NCBI GenBank assembly: GCA_004764695.1
Contig: SMSO01000004.1
Location: forward strand, 2,046,001-2,110,000
DNA from: Schizochytrium sp. TIO01
Lineage: Eukaryota > Protista > Bigyra: Labyrinthulomycetes
Reading direction: 5' to 3'
DNA: 64,000 nucleotides
A model generated the notes under the pieces. That model did not search any database and was not told the origin of the DNA. It saw only the letters and a program-made list of their open reading frames with translations. Made by a program: the position numbers and the translations under genes. Below, piece after piece: positions 33,201-42,724 of the stretch. Each line of letters begins with the position of its first letter. Within the stretch, counting starts at the first letter, position 1.

Positions 33201-35639
33201 ACCCTCATTAGCCGAGAAAATAACTCATTCCGCGTCGACAAGGCCTACGGCGAGCCTGACGCGAACATGACATTGAGCGAGGTCTTCAACTTTTCCTCTG
33301 CACAGATGATGCCCAAGTGTGATATTTTTGTGGAAGGATGGGAAGCATCAGTACCCCTGAGTGAAATGGGCAAACCCACTCCAGCACTTCCTCCTTGGCC
33401 TTTGCCTGAAGATTTCTGTTTGATTTTCTTTCGACAGTGGCGCCCAGGTCCTGTTGGAATTCCTAAAAAGTTGGAACATGTGGGCCATGCCTTGATCTCC
33501 AAACATGCCTCCTACAGTGATGTAGTAGTGCAAATCGCCAAGGAGATTTTACCAAAGATTGGCGTTAAGGATGCTCCTTCAGATGAGTCAAAGTATAATC
33601 TGTGGGAGCTCTGGACTACCAGAAATATTAATGTGTTAAAAGATGGTGATGGCTTCATCGCAGAAAACAATTTGATGCACGGCGACATTGTGATTTTCGA
33701 GATCTTGCCAGAAACTGAGGACAAGGAGGCGCAGACAAATGAGAATGCCAAATCAGATGCAATTGAGTCTAAAGCAACATCTCAACTGGAGAACGAGAAG
33801 GCAGAAGTTCTCGAGGATGCGGAACCCACTTTGCAGGAACTTGAGGTGCAGAAGGAAGGTAGCAACTCTAATAAGAACGTTAAGGAGGACATCGCGGAAA
33901 CCGATGAAATCAGCAAGGCAGTTGCACTGGATAAGACCCCTACTGTTTTCTTTGACAAGGTGATCTTTAATTCTGAGCCTGAAGACACTAAACTTGAACC
34001 ACGGTGTTCACGCGCTGCGAGTTGTCTTGAGGTATTGGATGACCAGCGTCAAGTCGCTGAGTTCGGGCCAATCCGTGTCCGTGGGGACTTCAACCTATTG
34101 ACTTCTGTATCTTCATATGTACGTGCACTTGACTTGCGGTTTGTGGTGAGTGTTGTGAACCGTTTAAGTGGTGATATGGACACAGCTATTCGAATGGAGC
34201 TCACACACACCATGAAAACAAGCAAGGCTCGCTCGCACGTTGCGCATGCACTTGCTCTGCTCGGCATCATCAATAAGGAGGATCAAGATCGCTTGCGTTT
34301 GTGCACGTTCAACAATCACATCACGGAACGAAAATTTTCTATTGACGAACCAACGAGCTCGGTAGTTCCCAGTGACAACTTACATCGAACAGTTCGGCAG
34401 TCAATATTTCAATCCCAGGATGGGCTTCAGGAATACTTGCTTGGGTACGAGCTCTTGCCATGCCACCACGAGCAAGTGGACCGCGTTGTTGAAGCTCATT
34501 ATATTCAGAATACGTATCCGCGCACAAGTGTCGCTTTGGCGTTTCTGGAATCATCGCATGATGCTTTAGAGCAAGGCTACAAGCTCCTCGGGGACTCCTT
34601 CTTGAAACAGTTGGGATGTCCTCCTGATTCCAAAAGTGTGCGCTGGATTGTTGAAGAGTCCGGTGAGGTGCAGAATGTGTACGGCCTTCGAGATGTAGGT
34701 GACCCTATGAAGTCGTTGCATATCATGGACCGCACCAGAGCATCGCATAGTTTACGTATCGTTGCTGATCTAGTGCATCAGGATGAGTTAAGCCTCGAAG
34801 TTGATCCTGGAATTCTGCTTTGTGTTGACCAGCAAAATCAAACTCTTTCACGTAACAGTAGTGACTTACCCTTTAGTCGACCTTTATCTTCTATTGCGGA
34901 TTCTCAACCGTCGCCATTAGCTTCACCTTTAAGACCTAGCTCCAATGATGGAGAAGATGATGATCTTGCGTCGAAAACCAACGGTATGGATGATACAAAA
35001 TCTGACGCAAACGGTCGTGACGGAGATGTTGATATGGATGCCGAAACTACAGAAGCGGAAGGCGAGTCCAAGGCTGATGAGCCAACTGGTGCTGGAGTAG
35101 CACCACCGGAAGTCTCTAGCACACCTCCACCTCCGCCATCAGTGCAGGCACCTTCATTATCTTCTTCACCCCCTGCTTCAGCAACGGGTTCATCGTCTCC
35201 CGCGGGAGGAATGTTAGTGCCACGGCTTGTCGTTGTGCGCCACTTCCATTCGCCCACGCCATCAAAGTTGAAACGTGCCAAGATTTTTGGATTACCATTG
35301 ACACTGATTGTACGTAGTGGCGATACGAGTAAAGATTTGCTCAATCGAGCTACAAAACGTCTTGGCTTGGAAGCAGAAGATACTCAAACCTGGCGCTTGG
35401 CTCTTATGAATGCAGTTGACCCTTCATGCTGGAGTTGGTTGGATGCTGAAGGCGAAGGCGATGAGGATTTGCGTGCAGATGCTGATATCTTTGCAGACAC
35501 AATGACATACCCTGTGCTAGGTCTATTCCATCCAAACCCGCAACGCGAAACCTCAAAGGTCAAAGGTGGGCTATTATCCAAAGGATTTCGATCGGATCTT
35601 CATTCCCCCACTATTACTTCTCGGCCCTTGCCTGAATGA
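30219..35639 (+). CDS. USP7: USP7/UBP15-like ubiquitin carboxyl-terminal hydrolase (MATH + peptidase C19 + C-terminal Ubl-like region)
   Basis: Cys box YDTKEATGKVGLENDGATCYLNSLLQ, QHDVQEMNRELVDKLE, FYDIQLDVK, LHLKRFEFD, His box LHSVLVHWGDVNSGHYYAFI, WLKFDDE and NAYMLVYIR. MATH elements FGLMLFPNG and DWG are present. Intronless. Confidence 0.92.
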   Translation: MPPARTSFNKSVEASGGSSRIQGGEQPLRLAESQEGEGNTNSQHQDQQQGSQQEQQQVPLEGANGAKNYTEDAEKDDERETDMIDVHKANKDLDALCAGDCADGAEANGIASKKQDEKINGEDADANSHMEGVEIETAKDEKSEARTEDIVMKNSELPAAVMGPAMLTSQVQRKASEASAASATASSSSVASKHLEVHVNEEDDQLLYGARSAYVADSLDVANRFEIIMRVENFHKTREEFMNRQNGALSIRSEPVVTPDGFKFGLMLFPNGIAAKPNLLALFLEWCDPAEELQRRLGADYSRKIDYRLEVVKHPLPPPVRLGSKRKRQDVKTSSATPTSLKPSKPGDQQDDSAPANGDAIDSIDDVGESAAKRAATDEGNKPVSAQDISHRMEDVPGPNGNQDDCVPDSKEIDKENASVASPNGSPKPNGVDHESPSGTEALREAPPSSENILTERNGVNLMDIVNESLEEDGENSLTGTSATLSAVTPSFNTTLKCDFSSTDDWRAKNTDWGSNELISVDHLKVENGLLDADGALVLRAVATPYFDRSHYDTKEATGKVGLENDGATCYLNSLLQTLFMTKRLRREVYDLDTTHEKAKNGVALELQRLFWQLQTSDMSVSTRNLTTAFGWKSAFLFRQHDVQEMNRELVDKLEERMKGTSSENLIKELYTGKMRSYIKCINVNFESARDEEFYDIQLDVKNMQNVYEAFAKYIEVERLEGDNQYEAEGHGKQDAHKGVGFLSFPPVLNLHLKRFEFDLMTEMTVKINDEFRFPVHMRLDQFLHESVRRSDEEIEADPQYEYVLHSVLVHWGDVNSGHYYAFINDMTQDGLSGEFKSRWLKFDDEKVFPASKEMAVSNNFGGHSPDRYTSHGNAYMLVYIRKDALSDVLMDVPEESVPRALLDRFQKDEEEERLRQEEEDRKRATVCFRYITHKTLRKFYGYERGPRFKDLIDFFRERDSKQIELKKKSTVEDLLKQLAPTVDAKDWRQVRIWTLISRENNSFRVDKAYGEPDANMTLSEVFNFSSAQMMPKCDIFVEGWEASVPLSEMGKPTPALPPWPLPEDFCLIFFRQWRPGPVGIPKKLEHVGHALISKHASYSDVVVQIAKEILPKIGVKDAPSDESKYNLWELWTTRNINVLKDGDGFIAENNLMHGDIVIFEILPETEDKEAQTNENAKSDAIESKATSQLENEKAEVLEDAEPTLQELEVQKEGSNSNKNVKEDIAETDEISKAVALDKTPTVFFDKVIFNSEPEDTKLEPRCSRAASCLEVLDDQRQVAEFGPIRVRGDFNLLTSVSSYVRALDLRFVVSVVNRLSGDMDTAIRMELTHTMKTSKARSHVAHALALLGIINKEDQDRLRLCTFNNHITERKFSIDEPTSSVVPSDNLHRTVRQSIFQSQDGLQEYLLGYELLPCHHEQVDRVVEAHYIQNTYPRTSVALAFLESSHDALEQGYKLLGDSFLKQLGCPPDSKSVRWIVEESGEVQNVYGLRDVGDPMKSLHIMDRTRASHSLRIVADLVHQDELSLEVDPGILLCVDQQNQTLSRNSSDLPFSRPLSSIADSQPSPLASPLRPSSNDGEDDDLASKTNGMDDTKSDANGRDGDVDMDAETTEAEGESKADEPTGAGVAPPEVSSTPPPPPSVQAPSLSSSPPASATGSSSPAGGMLVPRLVVVRHFHSPTPSKLKRAKIFGLPLTLIVRSGDTSKDLLNRATKRLGLEAEDTQTWRLALMNAVDPSCWSWLDAEGEGDEDLRADADIFADTMTYPVLGLFHPNPQRETSKVKGGLLSKGFRSDLHSPTITSRPLPE

Positions 35640-36852
35640 TCGAGCGAATGAAGAAGAGACATGGTGTTGATGTTGCTTTTCCTTGTCTGTTCTACATAAT
35701 CTTACTCCTGAAGTGATACTGTACGTTCTCTTATCTCTTTGTAGTGGAAATGAATTTGTTGGGTCGTAAAGTTTGACATGTCTTGCCACTTCAAAAATAA
35801 CAGAGTGATCATCGCTACTCAAGAACCGTAGGTGCCAGAGGCAAACACCACGAGGAAACTATTATCTTCATACCCCGGAAGATCCATTTTCTGACAGGAT
35901 ATCCAGAATCCAGTTCAGATCAACGAAACAAACAAACAAACAAACACAAACTTATATACAGAAGATAGAGTCATGCTAGCTCATCGATCTGGAGAGTTAG
36001 ATTACTCTCACTTTTTTCTTTACACTTTCATTACAACTATTCCAAACAACAACAAAGGTTTCTGCAGCATATTATTTGCTTCAAAGATTTTTTTGATATT
36101 TTTTAAGAATCTTTTTTTCCAACATAGTTAGTTAGTTACAGAAGCACTCAATTGTTTGCTCCTAAAACTTTTGGTAGTTTTGGCACTGATGAAGTGCTCT
36201 TCAAAGTTAGTTAGGTACATACATTTGTTTGTACTCCTGTTATTCGTTTATTCGACGTGTTCTGCCTTCGAAAGTTTAATCTGAATAAATAAATGATACT
36301 AGCAATAATTCAAGACAAAATCATCATTGGTTGCACCTGCATGTATTATACCCAATTATTGACGAGAAGGAAGCCAATAGAGCATAGGATGACGTTTTCG
36401 ACAATATTTCTTATGTTGTTCTCATCATGAAGTACATTTTCAACATTCTCAAACGCTGCGTGTATACAACCATAGATTCATCTAGTCTTAATTCAAAATG
36501 GCTCTTTTTTATAGAAATAATTGAATTTGATTGGAATTAACTGTAGTTGAGACTAATGGTCTTTGAAAATGCCATTTTTAAAGGACTCTTTACATAAACA
36601 TTCCAATCATTGACACAAAGCCTTCTCTGACTATTTCCCCGGGGAAATCGGGAAGAGAAGTATTTAAAGTCAATTTAACCTGAAGTGCTTACGAATCAGC
36701 TAAAAGTGCATTTAAAGAACTCACAGTAACAGGTCAATTGCCGCAGCTTATTTCGAGAATTGAAGTAAAAGCTCTCAAAACCTCATTCAAGACAGAGAAA
36801 CAAAACACAACATAACAAAACAAAAAAAAAGAAAAAAAGAAAAACAGGTAGG

Positions 36853-38802
36853 CTAGGAGATTAAGAGGTCAGATGTGCAAGGAATGCCCTTTGAAGAACG
36901 CATGAGAAAGCTAACAAATTCGTTTTGGTCACTGGCAGCCGCATCTAATATCGGGTCTGGCCCAATGTGGCGAAGCAATAATTCGGGAAGCAGCTCTACG
37001 AGCACACGAAGACGGCGCTCTTCGATTTCATCAGCAGAAGGTACGGGTGCACCCATTGCTGAAGGTGCAAGGAGTGTATCGTCACGAAGGGACTTCCATA
37101 GCAAGTTAAATCGATTAACTCTAATCTGCTGAGCAATACGGCGAGAAGCTTTGCTCATAGTTCCTCGCTCTTGGATCTCTCGTGCTGCTTCATCCTCTTC
37201 TTGACGTAACTGATCCCGAACGTCGCGGAACTGGTGTCGGGAGTAAAAAAGATAATCTGATATAGGTACATTCGCAGGACGCGCCCAGGGTCCCTTGGGT
37301 CCCCTACCAACGTGTGGCTTAAAAAGCTCACGCCCTGTCGTAAGGTCTACGTTCTGGGCACGTTCCAGCTCTTCTTCGTTTTCTGCGCGGGGAGCCGCAA
37401 TCCGTTGAATAAACTCTTCAGCTGTCTCGTCTCGTGAGAAGGTCGAGTGCGTTAATGCTGTATCTGGCTTGAAATCGAACAGGGGCTGCTTCTCCAAGCG
37501 ATAGCGTTCGGCTTGGCGTAGTGCTGCTTCATTATAAAGATCTTCGTGAAGACTTGCGCGGCGCAATTCGTGTTCTGCTCGTCGACGAGCCTCTGCAGCA
37601 AGAGCTTCACTGCGTCTATTGATGCGGGGATGAAAACTGCAAAGTTCTTCCACCTCTTGTTCGTCGCGAACTTGGCGGAGATGCGCCCGTACAATTTTGG
37701 CCTCATGGAATTTTTGAATTTCTTCGTCCAGTCCGCTTCCTCGAGTCCGGCCACCATGCAGTGTTTGGGCAAACGTAGTGATCTCAGGGCGGAAGGTGCA
37801 TCCTCGAAGTTCTTCACGATGCTTTTCCTCGAGAGCAATTTCCAACTCGCGCTCTCGTCGTGCTTTGTTTTTCAAACCTTTATCATAAAGCCTTTGACAA
37901 GTCGCCTCTGCAGCTTCCTTTGAGAGTACGATGTTTTTGCGGCGGCGGGCATCATCCGTTTTACGTTTTGATTTTACATTATGGCCACCACTGCGCCCGC
38001 CTTTCTTATTTTCCTGAATCTGTTTTTGCTGCATTTTGGCATTATAGTGTTGTTGCAGCTTGCCATAATATGCGCGGCGGCGTGCCTCGGGGCTCGTTAA
38101 TCCAGAATTACCATTGTCGGGTACAACCTCAGCTAATTCTTCCTGGTCATCTTCCCCTTCCGTTTCCTTGGTTCTCATCGTTCGTAGCGCTTTTGGTGAT
38201 GGCGGTGGCGGTAGTGTTGCTGTGTCTTCAGTATCAGCGCTTGTCGGGGACCTCAGTCCTTCCTGCTGGCCCTTGATATTAAAACCATTATTACCATCAA
38301 CATAGCGTACATCTTTGGTGGCAGACTCACCACGAAGAAGTTGGAAATTACATGGAGAAGAAGAAGAACCTCCTCTGCACTGTATAGTTCCTGGCGTCTC
38401 GGACGATGCAGATGTCGATGAAGATGGCGGTGATTCTGGCTCCCGATAATTTCCTTGAGTCTTTTTTGTCAAGTAAGTTTTGTGTGCCTGTTGTTGTACT
38501 CCATCTTGCAGTCCCTCTTGGTACAATCCATGTTCCTGTCCATCATGCTGTTTGAGTTGCCGGTTCTGGTTTTTGTCCCTGTTTTGGTTCTTTACTTCCA
38601 ACCTTCTCAGCTGAGCGCGAATCTCATCCCCAAGCCTTGGTGCAATTTCAATCGGCACGCCATTATTGTTGCAGAACTCTAAAGCAAGCACGTCAGGGTC
38701 GTCACCGTGGCGCACAGGAATGACTTCTGCTCGACCTGGGCCAAGATCTACGCGGACCCGCAAAATCAGTTTCTCGCGGCATTCCACCGCACCAGACGCC
38801 AT
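36853..38802 (-). CDS. Hypothetical coiled-coil protein (649 aa) with repeated F-x-P motifs
   Basis: Long ORF. Small N-terminal globular domain (VRVDLGPGRAEVIPVRHGDDPDVLALEFC); repeats CTFRPEI, CSFHPRI, FDFKPDT and LFKPHV preceded by RLY/DLY helices. Confidence 0.8.
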   Translation of the reverse strand: MASGAVECREKLILRVRVDLGPGRAEVIPVRHGDDPDVLALEFCNNNGVPIEIAPRLGDEIRAQLRRLEVKNQNRDKNQNRQLKQHDGQEHGLYQEGLQDGVQQQAHKTYLTKKTQGNYREPESPPSSSTSASSETPGTIQCRGGSSSSPCNFQLLRGESATKDVRYVDGNNGFNIKGQQEGLRSPTSADTEDTATLPPPPSPKALRTMRTKETEGEDDQEELAEVVPDNGNSGLTSPEARRRAYYGKLQQHYNAKMQQKQIQENKKGGRSGGHNVKSKRKTDDARRRKNIVLSKEAAEATCQRLYDKGLKNKARRERELEIALEEKHREELRGCTFRPEITTFAQTLHGGRTRGSGLDEEIQKFHEAKIVRAHLRQVRDEQEVEELCSFHPRINRRSEALAAEARRRAEHELRRASLHEDLYNEAALRQAERYRLEKQPLFDFKPDTALTHSTFSRDETAEEFIQRIAAPRAENEEELERAQNVDLTTGRELFKPHVGRGPKGPWARPANVPISDYLFYSRHQFRDVRDQLRQEEDEAAREIQERGTMSKASRRIAQQIRVNRFNLLWKSLRDDTLLAPSAMGAPVPSADEIEERRLRVLVELLPELLLRHIGPDPILDAAASDQNEFVSFLMRSSKGIPCTSDLLIS

Positions 38803-38833
38803 CGCCAGCGAGCAAGGGCCTTGAAAAGGAACC

Positions 38834-39385
38834 TCACTTGCTCATCCACCCAAGCACCGGCCGCTTTAACGCTGCCAGCGAAGAGTTCGCCATCCGCGCC
38901 GGCAACGCGGAGCTCTTGCGCAAAATCCTCGAAGCCGTTGGCACTGCACGCCGCGGCGAGGGTTCTCCCTGCTTGTCGAAAGGATGTTCCGTTTCTAGCG
39001 ATGGAACGCGTTCCAAAGAACTGTGATGCGGGCCATCATTCAGGGGCCCTCGAGTCACGAACGCGGCTTCCTCGGTCTCGGCAGACCCTGCGGAGGAGGT
39101 GGACCATGAGCTGGAGAAATATTTGGGGAATGGAGTCGGAGGTGAGGATAGAGGGGAAGAAGTATTACTGAGAGCATCGAAAGAAGACGTGTGAGATATC
39201 ATATCGAGAGAATCTTGAGAGATTTCGGAGCGAGGATTGAAGTGGGTTGGAGCAGAAGGAGAGCCCATGTGAGTTTCAAAGGAAGGGGACAAAGGGTCAA
39301 GGTTGGCCTCGAAATCGATTTCGGAATCGAGGTCGACCACAACTCTGGCCGAGGAAGGTCGTGGGCTTTGTCTGAGACGAGGCAT
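38834..39385 (-). CDS. Possible Ser/Pro-rich disordered ORF immediately upstream of the 649-aa gene
   Basis: 183 codons from ATG 39385; GC-richer than its flanks; stops 31 bp before the next ATG, in a different frame. Confidence 0.35.
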   Translation of the reverse strand: MPRLRQSPRPSSARVVVDLDSEIDFEANLDPLSPSFETHMGSPSAPTHFNPRSEISQDSLDMISHTSSFDALSNTSSPLSSPPTPFPKYFSSSWSTSSAGSAETEEAAFVTRGPLNDGPHHSSLERVPSLETEHPFDKQGEPSPRRAVPTASRILRKSSALPARMANSSLAALKRPVLGWMSK

Positions 39386-41589
39386 CGAGGTGAATTCGAT
39401 GCTGACTGGGCAAAGCAAGTTCACTTGTGCAAATGCTTCTGATAGCTCTTATGCTGGCGAGTTGGTCTTTATGGTCGAGCGCTTTGGGTGTTTGAAGGAA
39501 ATGAGATGGTTCGTTCTGCCAATTGATCTTGTATGCTCTTGAATTTGAGGTTTACAAGGCCAAGCACGGCGTGGTACTAGCACGGGGAAGGAGCCCCTTT
39601 CTTCCATACCAAATTAACCTATAAGCTTTTGCAGCGAAACACGGCGTCGCTATCAAAATCCTATTCGAGCTCACTTTCTTATGCTATAAATGCACGCTGA
39701 CGATTATAGAGGTGAGCTAGAGGATACATAGAAACCTATGCACGGTTCAGTGGGCGTGTCGTCTCGACTTCTTCCTAGCCACTTGTTCCCATGTGGGCTT
39801 TATGGCAAAAAAAAAGAGTTTACCGGAAATTAACCATTAGAAAATCAGCGTCAGTGATCCACTGGTCACGAGCAAGGCTTTAAAGCGTCACAGGCATTCA
39901 TACACTGGTTGAGATCATATATGGGTGATTTGCTAATGCCCTGATGTAGTATATGATGCAGACAGGTAGATATTTGCACAACATAAGGCTTGCTTGGAAA
40001 GTGCCTTCAATTTGACCACATAACACAAGGTCTAAGCCTACGGGCGGGTGACAGCTGGAAAGGCAGCAACTGTGCTGACACTCCGCAAGAAGTCAGCGAA
40101 ACAGCTCGTTCCTCGCTGTTACTGGCTAGTGCTTAAACAACATCAGGATATGCTTTCGGAGGGCACTTGAAACAGCTGATGATTGGGCGCCAGGACAAGC
40201 AGAGAGCCAAATAATGTCGGCTTATGTCCAGCTTGTCAGTGGTAGCTACAGAAGGAGTCGGAAGGTAGCGACGAATTCCGTTGAGCATTTTGAGGTCAGA
40301 ATGAAAGCCACCAAAGCAAGTAAAGGATAGTGAAACGAAGTAAAACGAGCAGTACACGTGTAAAAATAAACTACTTTATTATCCAAGTATGCTGGATCTT
40401 TGGACTCTGGTGTGGCAATCTATACAATGCAAGAGATTATAGAGGAGGGATTTGGCCCAAGCCCGGGATTCAATCAGAGTGAAAATACAAAAGACATCCT
40501 GTCCCTTCATTATAAAACAAAACAAAACTAGATCGATCAGATCCTCCCGAGCATCAATTAAGCTCTCGATCGCCCTTTTAAAGGCTTGTTCATCCCCTTC
40601 TATACTTATACTTCGACTGAGGGTTCCGTCGGCACGCTGTTTTCATCCTAAATTATTCAGAACTCTTCAGTCACACCATATCCAATTATAAAACCGTCCT
40701 AGTTGAATGCAACAACGAATTACGTGTCGCACCAGCTCTTGTTTCGTTAATTGCGCTAATCTCGTGGCAGTGACGTCAACTGTCACATGTGTTGCGGGGA
40801 TAAATCACGTCTCATTCTCCGTGTTCATAAGTTTAATCATCCTCGGTAATCCATCATACTTTGCCGAGAAGCTCAGGCAGCGACGATATATATATATCGA
40901 ACCTACTTCCACTATCATGGCGATCGCCAACGCGAGAGAAGCACGGGACACTTGGAGTCGTCGAAATTACTACCTCTTTTCAGCCTAGTTTCTTTGAGAC
41001 TGGGAAAGAACATTCTCACAACCAGCACCAGGCTTCGTTCGTTCTTATTAATTTTATTCTTGTCGCCTTTCATATTCATGAGTGAGGAGGAAGGCGAGAG
41101 AGGATGCAAGTTGGATTGCTAGGAAACAACACCCGCGATACGACTTATCGAAGGAAGTTATGGCGAAGACCCAATGTCTAGCTACTCACGAGATAGCGAG
41201 AACTCAGGTTATTTAGCCAGTTTTGAGCGAGAGAAGTATAAGTCAGCTCCGACTAACTTCTCTCGGCTCTTGATTGAGGTCTACAATACCCCCTTCACTG
41301 AATATGATTAAATATTAAAAGGCAGGCAGATGGGGATTATGTTGGGACACTATGACAGTCTTTGAAAACCAGGGCGGACGCACATATGTTTGAGATACGA
41401 AAGAGCACACATAATGACAGATTCATAATCAAAATCTTCACAATCATCGTCTACGATCGTAAACGTTTCTAAGACGAACGCTGGACTCGGTTGCACATGC
41501 CTAAGCACCATCCATCAGGCCGTAGTTGGCGTCGCAAAGACAGCATCTTCTTGGGCTGCTTGGAGTTCTGATCATCAGTCTCCACATCT

Positions 41590-42249
41590 CAGGTCTGTCT
41601 CAATGAGAAGTTTCTGCCTTCTTCACATTCGTTGCTGTGGAATTGCGTGAAACGCGCTGAGGCTATGCTGCGTGGCGAGCATTCAACGCCCTGCCGGATA
41701 ACGGGAACGAACGGAGATGACGAGAAGGTTTTATGTTGCTGAGACGCTTTGGATGGATATAATGGCGCCTTGAAGTCCGCACCGCACGACTGTTTCTCGC
41801 AGAACTTGTCGAGAATTGACAAGTTTATTTACTATACTCTACATACAGACCATGCGGGTGCTAGCTCGTCCAATCCTGAGAGCGCCCTCAACTTGGGCCA
41901 CGCACACGATATGTAGTCTGGGGCGATCGCTGATGACCTCGACGCGATGACGGCGGGAATTCATCATTCTGACGCCGTGACTCGACTTGGACGCCTCTAC
42001 ACAAGTTGAAGTTGGCATCGAGGACTGGAAGGAAAGAAGAACCCGCCAAAAGTCTTTAAGTAAAGCAATTGGCGAATTGAGCAGCGCAAAGCTGACTTTG
42101 CGGTGGCGTTTTGACGATCGGCAGTTCCCAAACTTGGGCTCGTTGAGCAAGCAACAAAAGCAATTCACGAAGAGGAAAACCTGCTGACCTTGTAAGGCGA
42201 ACGGGCCTTGGCAGCAGAAGCACAACTGTTCTGTGTGACGCTACCCTGA
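41590..42249 (+). pseudogene. Decayed Sel1-like repeat gene
   Basis: One frame reads ...SSNPESALNLGHAHDM*SGAIADDLDAM...HHSDAVTRLGRLYTS*SWHRGLEGKKNPPKVFK*..., resembling Sel1 repeats (A-x-x-x-LG-x-x-Y). Interrupted by several in-frame stops. Confidence 0.45.
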
Positions 42250-42724
42250 GGCTGGCCTCGAGGCTCTCCGAGGCAGACCTTGGCAGCGAGCAGGACCTTG
42301 AAGAAATTTCAACAGAAAGCCAAAAATAGCAACCTGCAGGTTCTTTCGGTCTTGGCAAAGATTGGGAAGAGCAGTGAAACGCACTGCGAAAGAAAGAACC
42401 ATCCACGCTAGACGTCTCAGATTAATTGCTGCGCGCGTCTCACCAGCAACTTGAAGTCCAAACGTCTTGAAACTTTCCTTTCAGCTAGGCGTACCTTTAC
42501 CTAAAAGCGTAGATCAATTACTAGAACCTTGGCTCTTTAAAAGCCTTTGCAAAGAAACCATCATTTGGATATTGGCGGGGAGGTCCTAGAGCGTGTATAG
42601 TTAGTACAGTAGGAGTTTGTGGAGGATGAAGCTCTGCGAGACGAAGATTGTGAACAAAGTTGGCGATCACAGCAAATCGGTATTGAGCAAGGCGTGGCGA
42701 AGTGGCAATAGTCGAGACCTTCGC

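Noticed and set aside
42617-42724. Longer N-terminus of MDHAR given in the ORF track
   Set aside because: Begins at a non-ATG codon. An in-frame ATG at 42626 has weak context and adds no recognisable signal, so 42725 and 42842 are preferred.
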